The notes under the pieces were generated by a model. The model saw nothing but the letters and a program-made list of their open reading frames with translations. It was not told the DNA's origin and searched no databases. The translations under genes were made by a program, and so were the position numbers. Source: an uncultured Gemmatimonadota bacterium (GTDB taxonomy: Bacteria; SM23-81; DAOVCL01). Taken from it: a stretch of 64,000 nt of DNA. Below, one piece after another: positions 47,385 through 56,178 of this stretch. Within the stretch, counting starts at the first letter, position 1; each line of letters starts with the position of its first letter. The DNA lies in NCBI GenBank assembly GCA_964626665.1, contig CAZVGK010000001.1, positions 32,001 through 96,000 of the forward strand. Direction: 5' to 3'.

Positions 47385-47579
47385 TAAAATCCACAAAGAG
47401 CGCTGAATGAAGTAAGTCATTGCGAGGCACCGAAAGTGCCGGAGCAATCTCTCTGGATTAGTAGAAATCTCTGTTTTGGACGCTGATAGTCGCAGATTTT
47501 ACAGGATAATTTTTATAAATCCCAAGCATCTGCGTTAATCTGCGTTCCATAAAGCCTGTCTGAAGGGGGCCAAGTTCTG

Positions 47580-48329
47580 ATGCAGATAGGGGAAAAGGTA
47601 TATCATTTTACCGAATTGGACTCCACAAATGATTTCGCTAAGGGACTTATCGCGGGAGCCCCAGAGGGAACGGTGGTAATTGCAGAAAGACAGAGGAGGG
47701 GAAAGGGAAGGTTGGGCAAGAGTTGGTGCTCTCCAGAAGGTGGGCTTTGGTTTTCTATTATCATAGGGAAAAGCAATGGCTTGCTTATTCCCTTGATGGC
47801 TGGGGTAGCCCTCTGTGAGGTCCTGCGGGGACTTGGTTTAAATGTGGGTATAAAATGGCCCAATGACATAGTGATAGGGGGCAAGAAGATAGCTGGAATC
47901 CTGACTGAGCTGGAAGGGAAGAGGATCATTCTGGGAATTGGCCTGAACCTGAATGTATCTCGGTTTCCTGATGAGATAAAGGATGTAGCCACCTCCCTTT
48001 TCCTGGAGATGGGAAGGAGCTATCCCAGGGAAGAGGTGCTCGGATTGATCCTGAAAGGGATTGAGAGATGGTTTGGGGCTTTAAGGGAGGGCAATATCCA
48101 AGGCTTGCTTGATAAGTGGCGGGAATATGCGGCCATCCTGGGGAAGGTGGTGGTGGTGAGAACCCCCAGGAGGATACTGCAGGGGAGGGCAATGGATATA
48201 GCGCAGGATGGAGGGCTTCTTTTGGAACTCCCCGATGGATCCAAAGAGAAAGTTTTGGCCGGTGAATGTAGCCTCAGGGTGGGGACCGTGGGTTCTCCGA
48301 TTCCCGAGCCAGCCAGCAAAGGGGGTTGA
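47580..48329 (+). CDS. birA: biotin--[acetyl-CoA carboxylase] ligase without N-terminal HTH
   Basis: DSTN, GKGRLG, KWPND and KIAGIL. Confidence 0.94.
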   Translation: MQIGEKVYHFTELDSTNDFAKGLIAGAPEGTVVIAERQRRGKGRLGKSWCSPEGGLWFSIIIGKSNGLLIPLMAGVALCEVLRGLGLNVGIKWPNDIVIGGKKIAGILTELEGKRIILGIGLNLNVSRFPDEIKDVATSLFLEMGRSYPREEVLGLILKGIERWFGALREGNIQGLLDKWREYAAILGKVVVVRTPRRILQGRAMDIAQDGGLLLELPDGSKEKVLAGECSLRVGTVGSPIPEPASKGG

Positions 48330-48423
48330 GGGGGGACTGGCCTCTTCCCCAAGAGAGTAGCCCTAACTTGTTGGGACGTTTGAAGAGGTCAAGCCAGGAA
48401 ATTAGTAAACGGAGGGAACTGAA

Positions 48424-48945
48424 TTGAAAATAGGGACGCTGCAGGTCTATACTGGGGAGGGGAAGGGGAAGACCACCGCTGCCCTGGGTCAGGCCCTGCG
48501 GGCAGTGGGCCATGGACAGCAGGTGATTGTGATCCAATTTATGAAGGGTCAAATAAACTATGGTGAACTGAAGGCGGTGGAGGATGTTCCCGGATTGAAG
48601 ATTGAGCAGTATGGTTTGCCCACCTTTGTGGAGCGGGGTAATCCCTCCGCAGAGGATAGGGAATGGGCCAGGAAGGGGATGGAGCGGGCCAAAAAGGTCA
48701 TCAGGGAGGCAAGATATGACATGGTCGTCTTGGATGAGATAAGTGTGGCCGTGGACTATGGATTGGTTGGCTTAGATGAAGTCCTCGGTTTAATTAAGGC
48801 CAGGCCCCCGGAGATGGAACTTGTTCTCACCGGCAGATATGCGGCCAAGGAGATAATTGAGCTTGCTGACCTGGTTACGGAGATGAAGGAAATAAAGCAC
48901 CACTATCAAAAGGGCATCCAGGCCAGGGAGGGAATCGAGTTCTAA
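48424..48945 (+). CDS. cobO: cob(I)yrinic acid a,c-diamide adenosyltransferase
   Basis: YTGEGKGKTTAALG, QFMKG, LTGR and GIEF. Confidence 0.94.
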   Translation: MKIGTLQVYTGEGKGKTTAALGQALRAVGHGQQVIVIQFMKGQINYGELKAVEDVPGLKIEQYGLPTFVERGNPSAEDREWARKGMERAKKVIREARYDMVVLDEISVAVDYGLVGLDEVLGLIKARPPEMELVLTGRYAAKEIIELADLVTEMKEIKHHYQKGIQAREGIEF

Positions 48946-49081
48946 GGGGTTCAAGATTGAGGATATGGCCTTGTAGTATGAGAATTCCCACCTATTGGAC
49001 AGGATATACAGGATTGCCAGGATATGAATTGATTATGTAAATCCCGTTTATCCCGTCAAAAAAGCCTTGTCGTTGGTTTCC

Positions 49082-49127
49082 CCAATTCAGTGCCGTCAGG
49101 GCCCCTGCCCTGACGGCACTGAATTGG
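49082..49127. repeat. perfect 21-bp-stem hairpin of the CCGTCAGGG family
   Basis: CCAATTCAGTGCCGTCAGGGC-CCCT-GCCCTGACGGCACTGAATTGG. Confidence 0.85.
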
Positions 49128-49636
49128 ATGTAAGTAGGGACAGGTCTTCAGCCCTGTCCGAAAGAGTGCTGCCCTTGCGCCGCTCTAATTCTCTGCCTAT
49201 GATGAATCAGAGCTAAGGCAGAATATTGGAAATGTTAATTGGTATTTAAAGATGTGACTCCGATTTATGCCAAAAAGGAGAAAAACATCACACAGAACAA
49301 GTTTGAGCGGTTTAACGGTCAAAGTAGAGGGAATTGTATTTTTTAAAACTGCTTTTAGCCCATATTCTGGAAAATAAATTTTGGATTCGTAACTTATTGA
49401 TTTTCAAGGGAAAATTTTCTAGATTTTCATGGACTACATTCAATTGGCGATTATTAAAAAACTGTCTAACTGGTTGATTTTTAAGTAGTTGTTCGTATTT
49501 GACCTTAAATTTTTCCCGGAATGTAGGCTACAGCATAAAAATGCTACCATAACATCCAGGGGCCAGTAGCAACTTTTTCATAGGTGACCTCAGTGACAGA
49601 ATGGCAAAAAATCTTTCTCAAATCTGCATTTTTTTC

Positions 49637-49665
49637 TTGACAAATGCTTACTGAATTCTTATAAT
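49637..49665 (+). promoter_or_regulatory. consensus sigma70 promoter of the aromatic amino acid operon
   Basis: TTGACA-17 nt-TATAAT. Confidence 0.85.
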
Positions 49666-49730
49666 ATATTAGAAAAGGGGGCTGAGGTGTCTTTAAGAAT
49701 GTCAGGACAGATTTTTTGAAGGGAAGTAGA

Positions 49731-49886
49731 ATGATTTTTTCGGTTGGTTCGTCTAAACATGTTGTCAATTATAAGAACCAGTGGCACCATTTGTCCATGG
49801 GGGCATGGTGTCTTTGGATGTGGCACATTTGGTACTATAGTAGCTTACAGAGACCAACCGGAAAAGGATTGAGAGCAATGAAATAG
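49731..49886 (+). CDS. attenuator leader peptide, 51 aa, Trp/His/Tyr-rich
   Basis: MIFSVGSSKHVVNYKNQWHHLSMGAWCLWMWHIWYYSSLQRPTGKGLRAMK; AAGGGA upstream; lies between the promoter and the terminator. Confidence 0.8.
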   Translation: MIFSVGSSKHVVNYKNQWHHLSMGAWCLWMWHIWYYSSLQRPTGKGLRAMK

Positions 49887-49908
49887 AAAATACAACAGAG
49901 TGAAGGTT

Positions 49909-49943
49909 AAAACCCACATCCGATTTCGGTTGTGGGTTTTTTT
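49909..49943 (+). terminator. intrinsic terminator of the attenuator
   Basis: AAAACCCACATCCG-ATTT-CGGTTGTGGG followed by T7. Confidence 0.85.
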
Positions 49944-50093
49944 GTTCGTTCGCCAGAGGGCAGAGTGAGAGTTTCTTCAAAAGTCAAGTTTGATGGTTAG
50001 GCAAAAAGTCAAAAAATGCTCTTGTAACATTGTGAACCTAAAATGCAACTTATTTAAAATGAATATGTTGCTTACCTTGGTTTAATCCGTTAT

Positions 50094-50814
50094 AGCACCA
50101 AAACGGACTTTTTAGCAAAATTGACTAAAACCAAAATAACTGTTGCAGGTGGTGTGAGTTCAATTGATGAGATAAGAGAAGTTGCAAGAATAGGAGTGGA
50201 TGTACAACTTGGTATGGCACTGTATACTGGTAAGATAAATCTCGCAGAAGCATTTATTGAATCGCTCAACTGGAAAGGTGAACTCATACCAACCATTACA
50301 CAGGATCATAGAGGTCAGGTTCTTTTGCCTCGCTTACAGTAACAGGGATTCTCTCAGGAAGGCATTTGAAAAAGGCAAAATGTGGTATTTTTCAAGGTCA
50401 CGAAATAAGCTCTGGATGAAAGGCGAAACATCCGGCAATATACAAGAGCCTATAAGATTAAGGGCAGATGGCGATAGGGATGCACTGCTTGCCACAGTAA
50501 AGCAACAGGGTGTTGCGTGCCATACAGGTGAGTATTCCTGTTTCGGCGCTAAAAAGTTCAGCCTTTATGAACTCTATGAAGTTGTAAAAGACAGGATAGA
50601 AAATCCAAGACCTGAATCATACACCGCAGAACTAACAGATGATATGCTGAGCGATAAGATATTGGAAGAAGCCAAAGACCTTATAGAGGCAAGAGATAAA
50701 GATGGAATAATACGGGAAGCAGCAGATCTTATATATTTTCTGAAGATTCTTCTAGCCAAGAATGGGATCAAAATAAATGATGTATTTAACGAATTAAGGA
50801 GGCGTAGAAGATGA
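50094..50814 (+). pseudogene. hisIE: 5'-truncated, frameshifted HisA-like/HisI/HisE fusion remnant
   Basis: VAGGV...QLGMALY in one frame; YFSRSRNKLWMKGETSGN, ACHTG and EAADLIY in the next; extra T at 50323-50326; DCD motif reads DGD. Confidence 0.82.
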
Positions 50815-51821
50815 AAATAAAAGAAGCAATAAAAAAAATTATTGAACTGAATGACCTAACCCAGCAGGAAGCCTTTGAGGTCGCAATAGAGATTATGAGT
50901 GGTGGTGCAACAGACGCCCAGATAGCTGCTCTGCTTACAGCATTGAGAATGAAAGGTGAAACAATAGACGAGATAACTGGATTTGTCAGGGCAATGAGAG
51001 ATAAGGTAACCCCTATTGAATGTAGTTCTAAAGATCTTGTTGACACCTGTGGCACAGGCGGTGATAGGTCCGGAACATTTAATATCTCAACACTCTCTGC
51101 GTTCGTCGCAGCCGGCGCTGGCTGTAGGGTGGCAAAACATGGAAACCGGTCTGTATCCAGTAGATGTGGAAGTGCTGACCTTCTTAAAGCTCTGGGTGTA
51201 AATATTGAGATTACACCAAAAAGAATGGTAAGCTGTATTGATGAGACAGGTATCGGTTTTTTGTTTGCACCAATTCTACACAAAGCTATGAAATACGCAA
51301 TAGGGCCAAGGAGAGAAGTTGGAGTGAGAACAATTTTTAATATACTTGGTCCCCTTACCAATCCTGCAGGTGCAAGGCGGCAGCTTTTAGGGTTATTTAG
51401 CGATGAACTTACAGAGCCCATCGCAAATGTGTTAAAGAAACTTGGTTCTGAACACTGCCTAGTAGTTCATGGTGAGGATGGACTTGATGAGATAACCATA
51501 ACAGGGAAGACATTCGTGAAGGAATTACGTAATGGGGTGGTGGAGAGTTACTGCATAGAACCAGAAGATTTTGGAATTCAAAAGGGAACAATTGATGATA
51601 TTAGGGGTGGCGATGTAAACGATAATGTTAGGATTGCTCTGGATATTCTCAATGGTGGCAAGGGACCTAAGAGAGATATAACGGTTTTTAATGCCGGTGC
51701 AGCCATCTATGTAGGTGGTAAGGCAGCATCGCTTGCAGAAGGTATCGAACTTGCAAAGGAATCAATAGATTCTGGCAAGGCAATTGAGAAACTCCAGATG
51801 CTGAGGGAAATGACGCGATGA
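50811..51821 (+). CDS. trpD: anthranilate phosphoribosyltransferase
   Basis: DTCGTGGD, KHGNRSVSS and GSAD. Confidence 0.97.
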   Translation: MKIKEAIKKIIELNDLTQQEAFEVAIEIMSGGATDAQIAALLTALRMKGETIDEITGFVRAMRDKVTPIECSSKDLVDTCGTGGDRSGTFNISTLSAFVAAGAGCRVAKHGNRSVSSRCGSADLLKALGVNIEITPKRMVSCIDETGIGFLFAPILHKAMKYAIGPRREVGVRTIFNILGPLTNPAGARRQLLGLFSDELTEPIANVLKKLGSEHCLVVHGEDGLDEITITGKTFVKELRNGVVESYCIEPEDFGIQKGTIDDIRGGDVNDNVRIALDILNGGKGPKRDITVFNAGAAIYVGGKAASLAEGIELAKESIDSGKAIEKLQMLREMTR

Positions 51822-52591
51822 ATTTACTGAAAAGAATAGTTTCATACAAAAGAGAAGAAGTGAAGAAGAGAAAAAGCATTGTTTCCGTTGGAACTCTTAA
51901 AAGTGGAAATTTCCCAAAAGTGAGAGATTTCAAATCAGTGCTTGAAAAAGAAGGTATATCAATAATTGCCGAAATAAAGCGGATGTCCCCCTCAGCAGGT
52001 ATTATAAGAGAGGATTTTGACCCTACCCAAATGGCAAGAACATATGAAGAGAATGGGGCAAGTGCCATTTCAGTGCTTACAGACAGAAAATTCTTTGGTG
52101 GTAGTATTGATTATGTAATTGCGGTTAAGAACGAGGTGAATCTGCCCGTATTAAGAAAAGAGTTTATCATTGATGAGTATCAGATTTATGAATCACGCTA
52201 CATTGGTGCTGATGCAGTTCTCCTTATTGCAAGGATATTGACTTCTGCTGAACTGGGCAGGTTCATTTCGATAGCAAAAGAATTGGGACTGGCATGCCTT
52301 GTTGAGGTTCATACACGGAATGAACTTGAAGAGGTTTTATCAACAATCACAGAGATAATAGGAATAAACAACAGAAACCTTGATACACTTCAGATTGATA
52401 TTAAAACTTCACTTGAATTGAAGAAGATGACCCCAGAAGGGTATATTACTGTGAGTGAAAGCGGGATAAAAACAAGAGAGGATGTCCTAAAACTTCAAGA
52501 AGCTGGCTTTGATGCTATACTTGTTGGTGAAACACTTATGCGGACAAAAAATTTAGGAAATAAACTTAAAGAACTTTTGGGAGAAGTATAG
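51818..52591 (+). CDS. trpC: indole-3-glycerol phosphate synthase
   Basis: IAEIKRMSPS, GINNRNL and VSESG. Confidence 0.96.
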   Translation: MNLLKRIVSYKREEVKKRKSIVSVGTLKSGNFPKVRDFKSVLEKEGISIIAEIKRMSPSAGIIREDFDPTQMARTYEENGASAISVLTDRKFFGGSIDYVIAVKNEVNLPVLRKEFIIDEYQIYESRYIGADAVLLIARILTSAELGRFISIAKELGLACLVEVHTRNELEEVLSTITEIIGINNRNLDTLQIDIKTSLELKKMTPEGYITVSESGIKTREDVLKLQEAGFDAILVGETLMRTKNLGNKLKELLGEV

Positions 52592-53674
52592 ATGGAAATC
52601 CTTGATGAATTGAGAAAAAAGGTGAGCGAGATTGATAGAGAGATTATAAAGTTGATAGCAAAGAGGCTCGAAATTACAAAAAAGATCGGTAAAAAGAAAA
52701 AGGAGGAAGGTATACCTTTGCGAAACTGGGAGATAGAGAAAGCAGTAATTGAAAATGCAACAGAATTTGCTGCTGAATTAGGGATATCTCCTGCTCTTAT
52801 CAAATCACTTATGCAGCAACTTATAACGGAATCCCGTATACAGCAGGAGATACTTCATTACTCTGCCTACAAAGGGGATAAAGAGAATGTTCTGATTATT
52901 GGTGGATTAGGAGAGATGGGCAAATGGTTTTCGTATTTCTTCCAGAATCAGGGCCATAATGTATCGATTTATGACATCAAAGGCGAATCAGAGGATTTTA
53001 AATCATACGGAAGTCTGGAAGAGGGGATTGAGGAAGCATCATTTACTCTTATTGCCACATCACTTGAGGTAGTTCCGGAGATAATAAACAAAATAACAGA
53101 ACTGGGGTTCAAAGGTATTGTATTTGATATAGCAAGCTTGAAAGGACATTTAGAGGATTCTATCAAAAGGGCAACTGATAAGAGAATTTCCATTACCAGC
53201 ATTCATCCTATGTTTGGTTCAAATGTACGAACACTTTCCGATAAGGTAATTTGCCTCTGTGATTGCGGAGATAAGGAAGCAAATCAGAAAGTTGAATTTC
53301 TCTTCAAAGGCACAGCCGCATCGATTGTGAAACTATCGCTTGAGGAGCATGATCGTGTTATTTCTTTTGTGCTGGGACTTTCTCACATAATAAATATCAT
53401 ATTTATGAAGGTACTCATGGAGGGAGGCTATAAGTACGACGAATTGAAGAAGATTGCAAGTACTACCTTCCTTTCTCAAATGGTAACTGCAACCAGTGTA
53501 ATTAAGGAGAATCCACATCTCTATTATGAAATACAAAAATACAATCCATTTAAAGGAGACTTATACGAAAAGTTAAAAGAAGCTACAAAATCAATTACCG
53601 ATATTGTCTCATCAGCAAACAAGCCAGAGTTCATAGAAATCATGGAAAAAGGTAAGTATTGGTTAGGAGAATGA
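52592..53674 (+). CDS. tyrA: chorismate mutase / prephenate dehydrogenase fusion
   Basis: N-terminal AroQ-class chorismate mutase (LDELRKK...R); IIGGLGEMG, DIASLK, SIHPMFG and EEHD. Confidence 0.9.
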   Translation: MEILDELRKKVSEIDREIIKLIAKRLEITKKIGKKKKEEGIPLRNWEIEKAVIENATEFAAELGISPALIKSLMQQLITESRIQQEILHYSAYKGDKENVLIIGGLGEMGKWFSYFFQNQGHNVSIYDIKGESEDFKSYGSLEEGIEEASFTLIATSLEVVPEIINKITELGFKGIVFDIASLKGHLEDSIKRATDKRISITSIHPMFGSNVRTLSDKVICLCDCGDKEANQKVEFLFKGTAASIVKLSLEEHDRVISFVLGLSHIINIIFMKVLMEGGYKYDELKKIASTTFLSQMVTATSVIKENPHLYYEIQKYNPFKGDLYEKLKEATKSITDIVSSANKPEFIEIMEKGKYWLGE

Positions 53675-54273
53675 TGACAAAGATAAAGATATGTGGTGTA
53701 ACAAATATTGAGGATGCAATGATGATTGCTGAACTCGGTGCAGATGCCTTGGGCTTTGTTTTTGCTCCATCAAAGAGAAGGATAAGCCCGCAGGATGCAA
53801 AAGAAATTATAAAAAGACTTCCACCATTCGTCACAACCGTTGGTGTATATATGGACGCAGAGATTGATGAGGTAAATCAGGTAACCGAATACACTGGGAT
53901 AGATGTTATTCAACTTCATGGAAATGAGCCACCGACCCATTGCGATAGGCTCAAAAAGAAGGTAATAAAAAGAATCTCGGTATGTGATAATGATACTACT
54001 GAGATGCTTATTTCAAGGATGGAAAGATACCGAGTTCCTGCCTATCTTTTGGACCCTGGGGCAGGCAGTGGTAAGGTATTTAATTGGGAAAAAGCAGTGG
54101 GTATTGATTTACCTCTTATCATTGCGGGAGGACTTACCCCGGATAATGTAAAAACTGTTGTACGATTGTTAAAGCCTTACGGGGTGGACGTCTCTTCAGG
54201 AGTAGAACAGTTTCCTGGTAAGAAGAATAAACAAAAGGTGAAAAGATTTATAGAGGAGGTGAGGTCTTGTTGA
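53671..54273 (+). CDS. trpF: phosphoribosylanthranilate isomerase
   Basis: KIKICG, QLHGNE, AGGLTPDNV and DVSSGVE. Confidence 0.95.
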   Translation: MMTKIKICGVTNIEDAMMIAELGADALGFVFAPSKRRISPQDAKEIIKRLPPFVTTVGVYMDAEIDEVNQVTEYTGIDVIQLHGNEPPTHCDRLKKKVIKRISVCDNDTTEMLISRMERYRVPAYLLDPGAGSGKVFNWEKAVGIDLPLIIAGGLTPDNVKTVVRLLKPYGVDVSSGVEQFPGKKNKQKVKRFIEEVRSC

Positions 54274-55043
54274 TTACAGGAATAATAGGTTATCCCTTAG
54301 AGACTACGCTTTCACCCAAGATGCATAATGCAGCATTTAAGGAATTGGGAATAGATGGTGTTTATCTTCGCTTGCCTGTTTTAAAAGAAAGGTTGAAAGA
54401 GGCAACGCTGGGTCTTCGTGCGCTCGGTTTCAGGGGAGTGAATGTAACAGTTCCTCACAAAGAGACTATAGTGGAATATCTTGATGATACTACAGAGGAG
54501 GTGAAAAGGGTTGGTGCTGTGAATACGATCTTGATAGAGGATTATAAACTTATCGGGCACAACACAGACATATATGGATTTAAGGAGTCTTTGATGGAAT
54601 ATAAAATTGATATCACAGATAAAGATCTTCTAATTGTAGGGGCAGGTGGTGCTGCCCGTGCCTGTGCTCATGTAATAAATTCGATGAAACCAAAGAGGTT
54701 CATCATTACAGATAAGATTCTTGAAAGAGCAGAGGTCGTTTCAAATTTATTTGATGCAGAAATAATTGAGCCTGCTGAAATTGAGAATATTATTCCTGAA
54801 ATGGATATTGTAATAAATGCAACCCCCATAGACTTTCAAGAAATGATATTACCAGTTATGAAACGAGGAGCTGTCTACTACGACGTAAATTATAAATTTA
54901 GAAAGTTAAAAGGAAGGGATATTAAGATGATAAATGGACTTTTGATGCTTGTACTTCAGGGTGCGCAATCTTTCCATTTATGGACGGGAAGGGAAGCACC
55001 AATAGAGGTAATGAAAAATATGGTAGGGTTTGAAAATGATTAG
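54267..55043 (+). CDS. aroE: shikimate dehydrogenase
   Basis: SPKMHN, NVTVPHK, GAVNT, NTD and GAGGAA. Confidence 0.95.
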   Translation: MLITGIIGYPLETTLSPKMHNAAFKELGIDGVYLRLPVLKERLKEATLGLRALGFRGVNVTVPHKETIVEYLDDTTEEVKRVGAVNTILIEDYKLIGHNTDIYGFKESLMEYKIDITDKDLLIVGAGGAARACAHVINSMKPKRFIITDKILERAEVVSNLFDAEIIEPAEIENIIPEMDIVINATPIDFQEMILPVMKRGAVYYDVNYKFRKLKGRDIKMINGLLMLVLQGAQSFHLWTGREAPIEVMKNMVGFEND

Positions 55044-56178
55044 ATGGTTGACTTCGGGTGAATCGCACGGAAAGGGATTGTCTGTTATCATCGAGGGATT
55101 ACCTGCTGGTATACCCGTGGATGTTGAATTCATCAACGATGAACTTCTGCGAAGGCAGAAAGGATATGGTCGTGGAAAGCGGATGACAATAGAAAAGGAT
55201 CGCGTGGAAGTATTGTCCGGGGTGAGATACGGAAAGACTATCGGTTCCCCTGTTAGTCTGTTTATTAGTAATAAAGATTATGAAAACTGGAAGGATATTA
55301 TGAAAATAGAGCCTGGCAAAGAGACTGATAAGGTGACCTCTCCCAGGCCAGGGCATGCCGACCTTGCAGGAGTGCTGAAGTATGGCTTGGATGATATAAG
55401 AAATGTGATTGAGCATGCCTCTGCAAGGGAGACTGCGGCAAGAGTTGCAGCAGGTGCAATTCTTAAATTGTTTTTAAAAGAGTTTAAGATCGAATTTTAC
55501 TCCCATACAATTGCAATCGGTGGTATAAGCATAAATGAGAGAAAAAGAGAAATTGATAAATTAGAGAATACACCACTGCGGTGTATGGATCCAGAGAAAG
55601 AAAAAGAGATGATCAAACTTATTGATGAGGCAAAAAGTAGAGGCGATTCGATCGGCGGAATAAGTGAGGTTGTCGCCCTTGGTGTTTGCCCCGGGCTTGG
55701 AAGTTACTCTCATTACGATAAACGATTGGACGCAAGGATTGCTCATGCAATGCTTTCTATCCCGTCTGTGAAAGGTATTGAGATAGGTGAGGCCTTTGAG
55801 AATTCTAAAAGATTTGGATCGGATGTCCATGATGAAATATTCTACAGTGATGAAAAGGGTTTCTATCATAAAACAAACAGGGCTGGTGGAATAGAAGGTG
55901 GTGTCAGTAATGGTGGGGATATTGTTGTCCGCCTTGCAATAAAACCCATACCAACACTTAGAAAGCCTTTTCATTCGGTAGACATATTGACAAAAGAAGA
56001 GCGACTTGCCCAGAAGGAACGGGCTGATGTATGTGTCGTTCCTGCTGTGGGGGTGATTGGTGAGGCGATGCTCGCCTTTGTTATTTCCGATGCCTTCATT
56101 GAGAAATTCGGTGGGGACTGCCTCGATGATATAAAATCACACTATGATTTATATATGAAGAGGATAAGAGATGTCTGA
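55036..56178 (+). CDS. aroC: chorismate synthase
   Basis: TSGESHG, PRPGHAD, SARETA and KPIPT. Confidence 0.96.
   Translation: MIRWLTSGESHGKGLSVIIEGLPAGIPVDVEFINDELLRRQKGYGRGKRMTIEKDRVEVLSGVRYGKTIGSPVSLFISNKDYENWKDIMKIEPGKETDKVTSPRPGHADLAGVLKYGLDDIRNVIEHASARETAARVAAGAILKLFLKEFKIEFYSHTIAIGGISINERKREIDKLENTPLRCMDPEKEKEMIKLIDEAKSRGDSIGGISEVVALGVCPGLGSYSHYDKRLDARIAHAMLSIPSVKGIEIGEAFENSKRFGSDVHDEIFYSDEKGFYHKTNRAGGIEGGVSNGGDIVVRLAIKPIPTLRKPFHSVDILTKEERLAQKERADVCVVPAVGVIGEAMLAFVISDAFIEKFGGDCLDDIKSHYDLYMKRIRDV

Noticed and set aside
48330-48423. Cobalamin riboswitch before cobO
   Set aside because: The gap is short and no B12-box is recognisable.
49781-49835. sigma54 promoter from two TGGCAC motifs
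   Set aside because: No TTGC at the -12 spacing; the motifs are Trp-His codon pairs of the leader.
49670-49943. T-box riboswitch or TRAP site
   Set aside because: I could not see a T-box consensus or a (G/U)AG triplet array; the leader ORF accounts for the structure.
49544-49980. Minus-strand ORFs 49544-49768 and 49765-49980
   Set aside because: They are antisense to the promoter, leader and terminator, which explain the region better.
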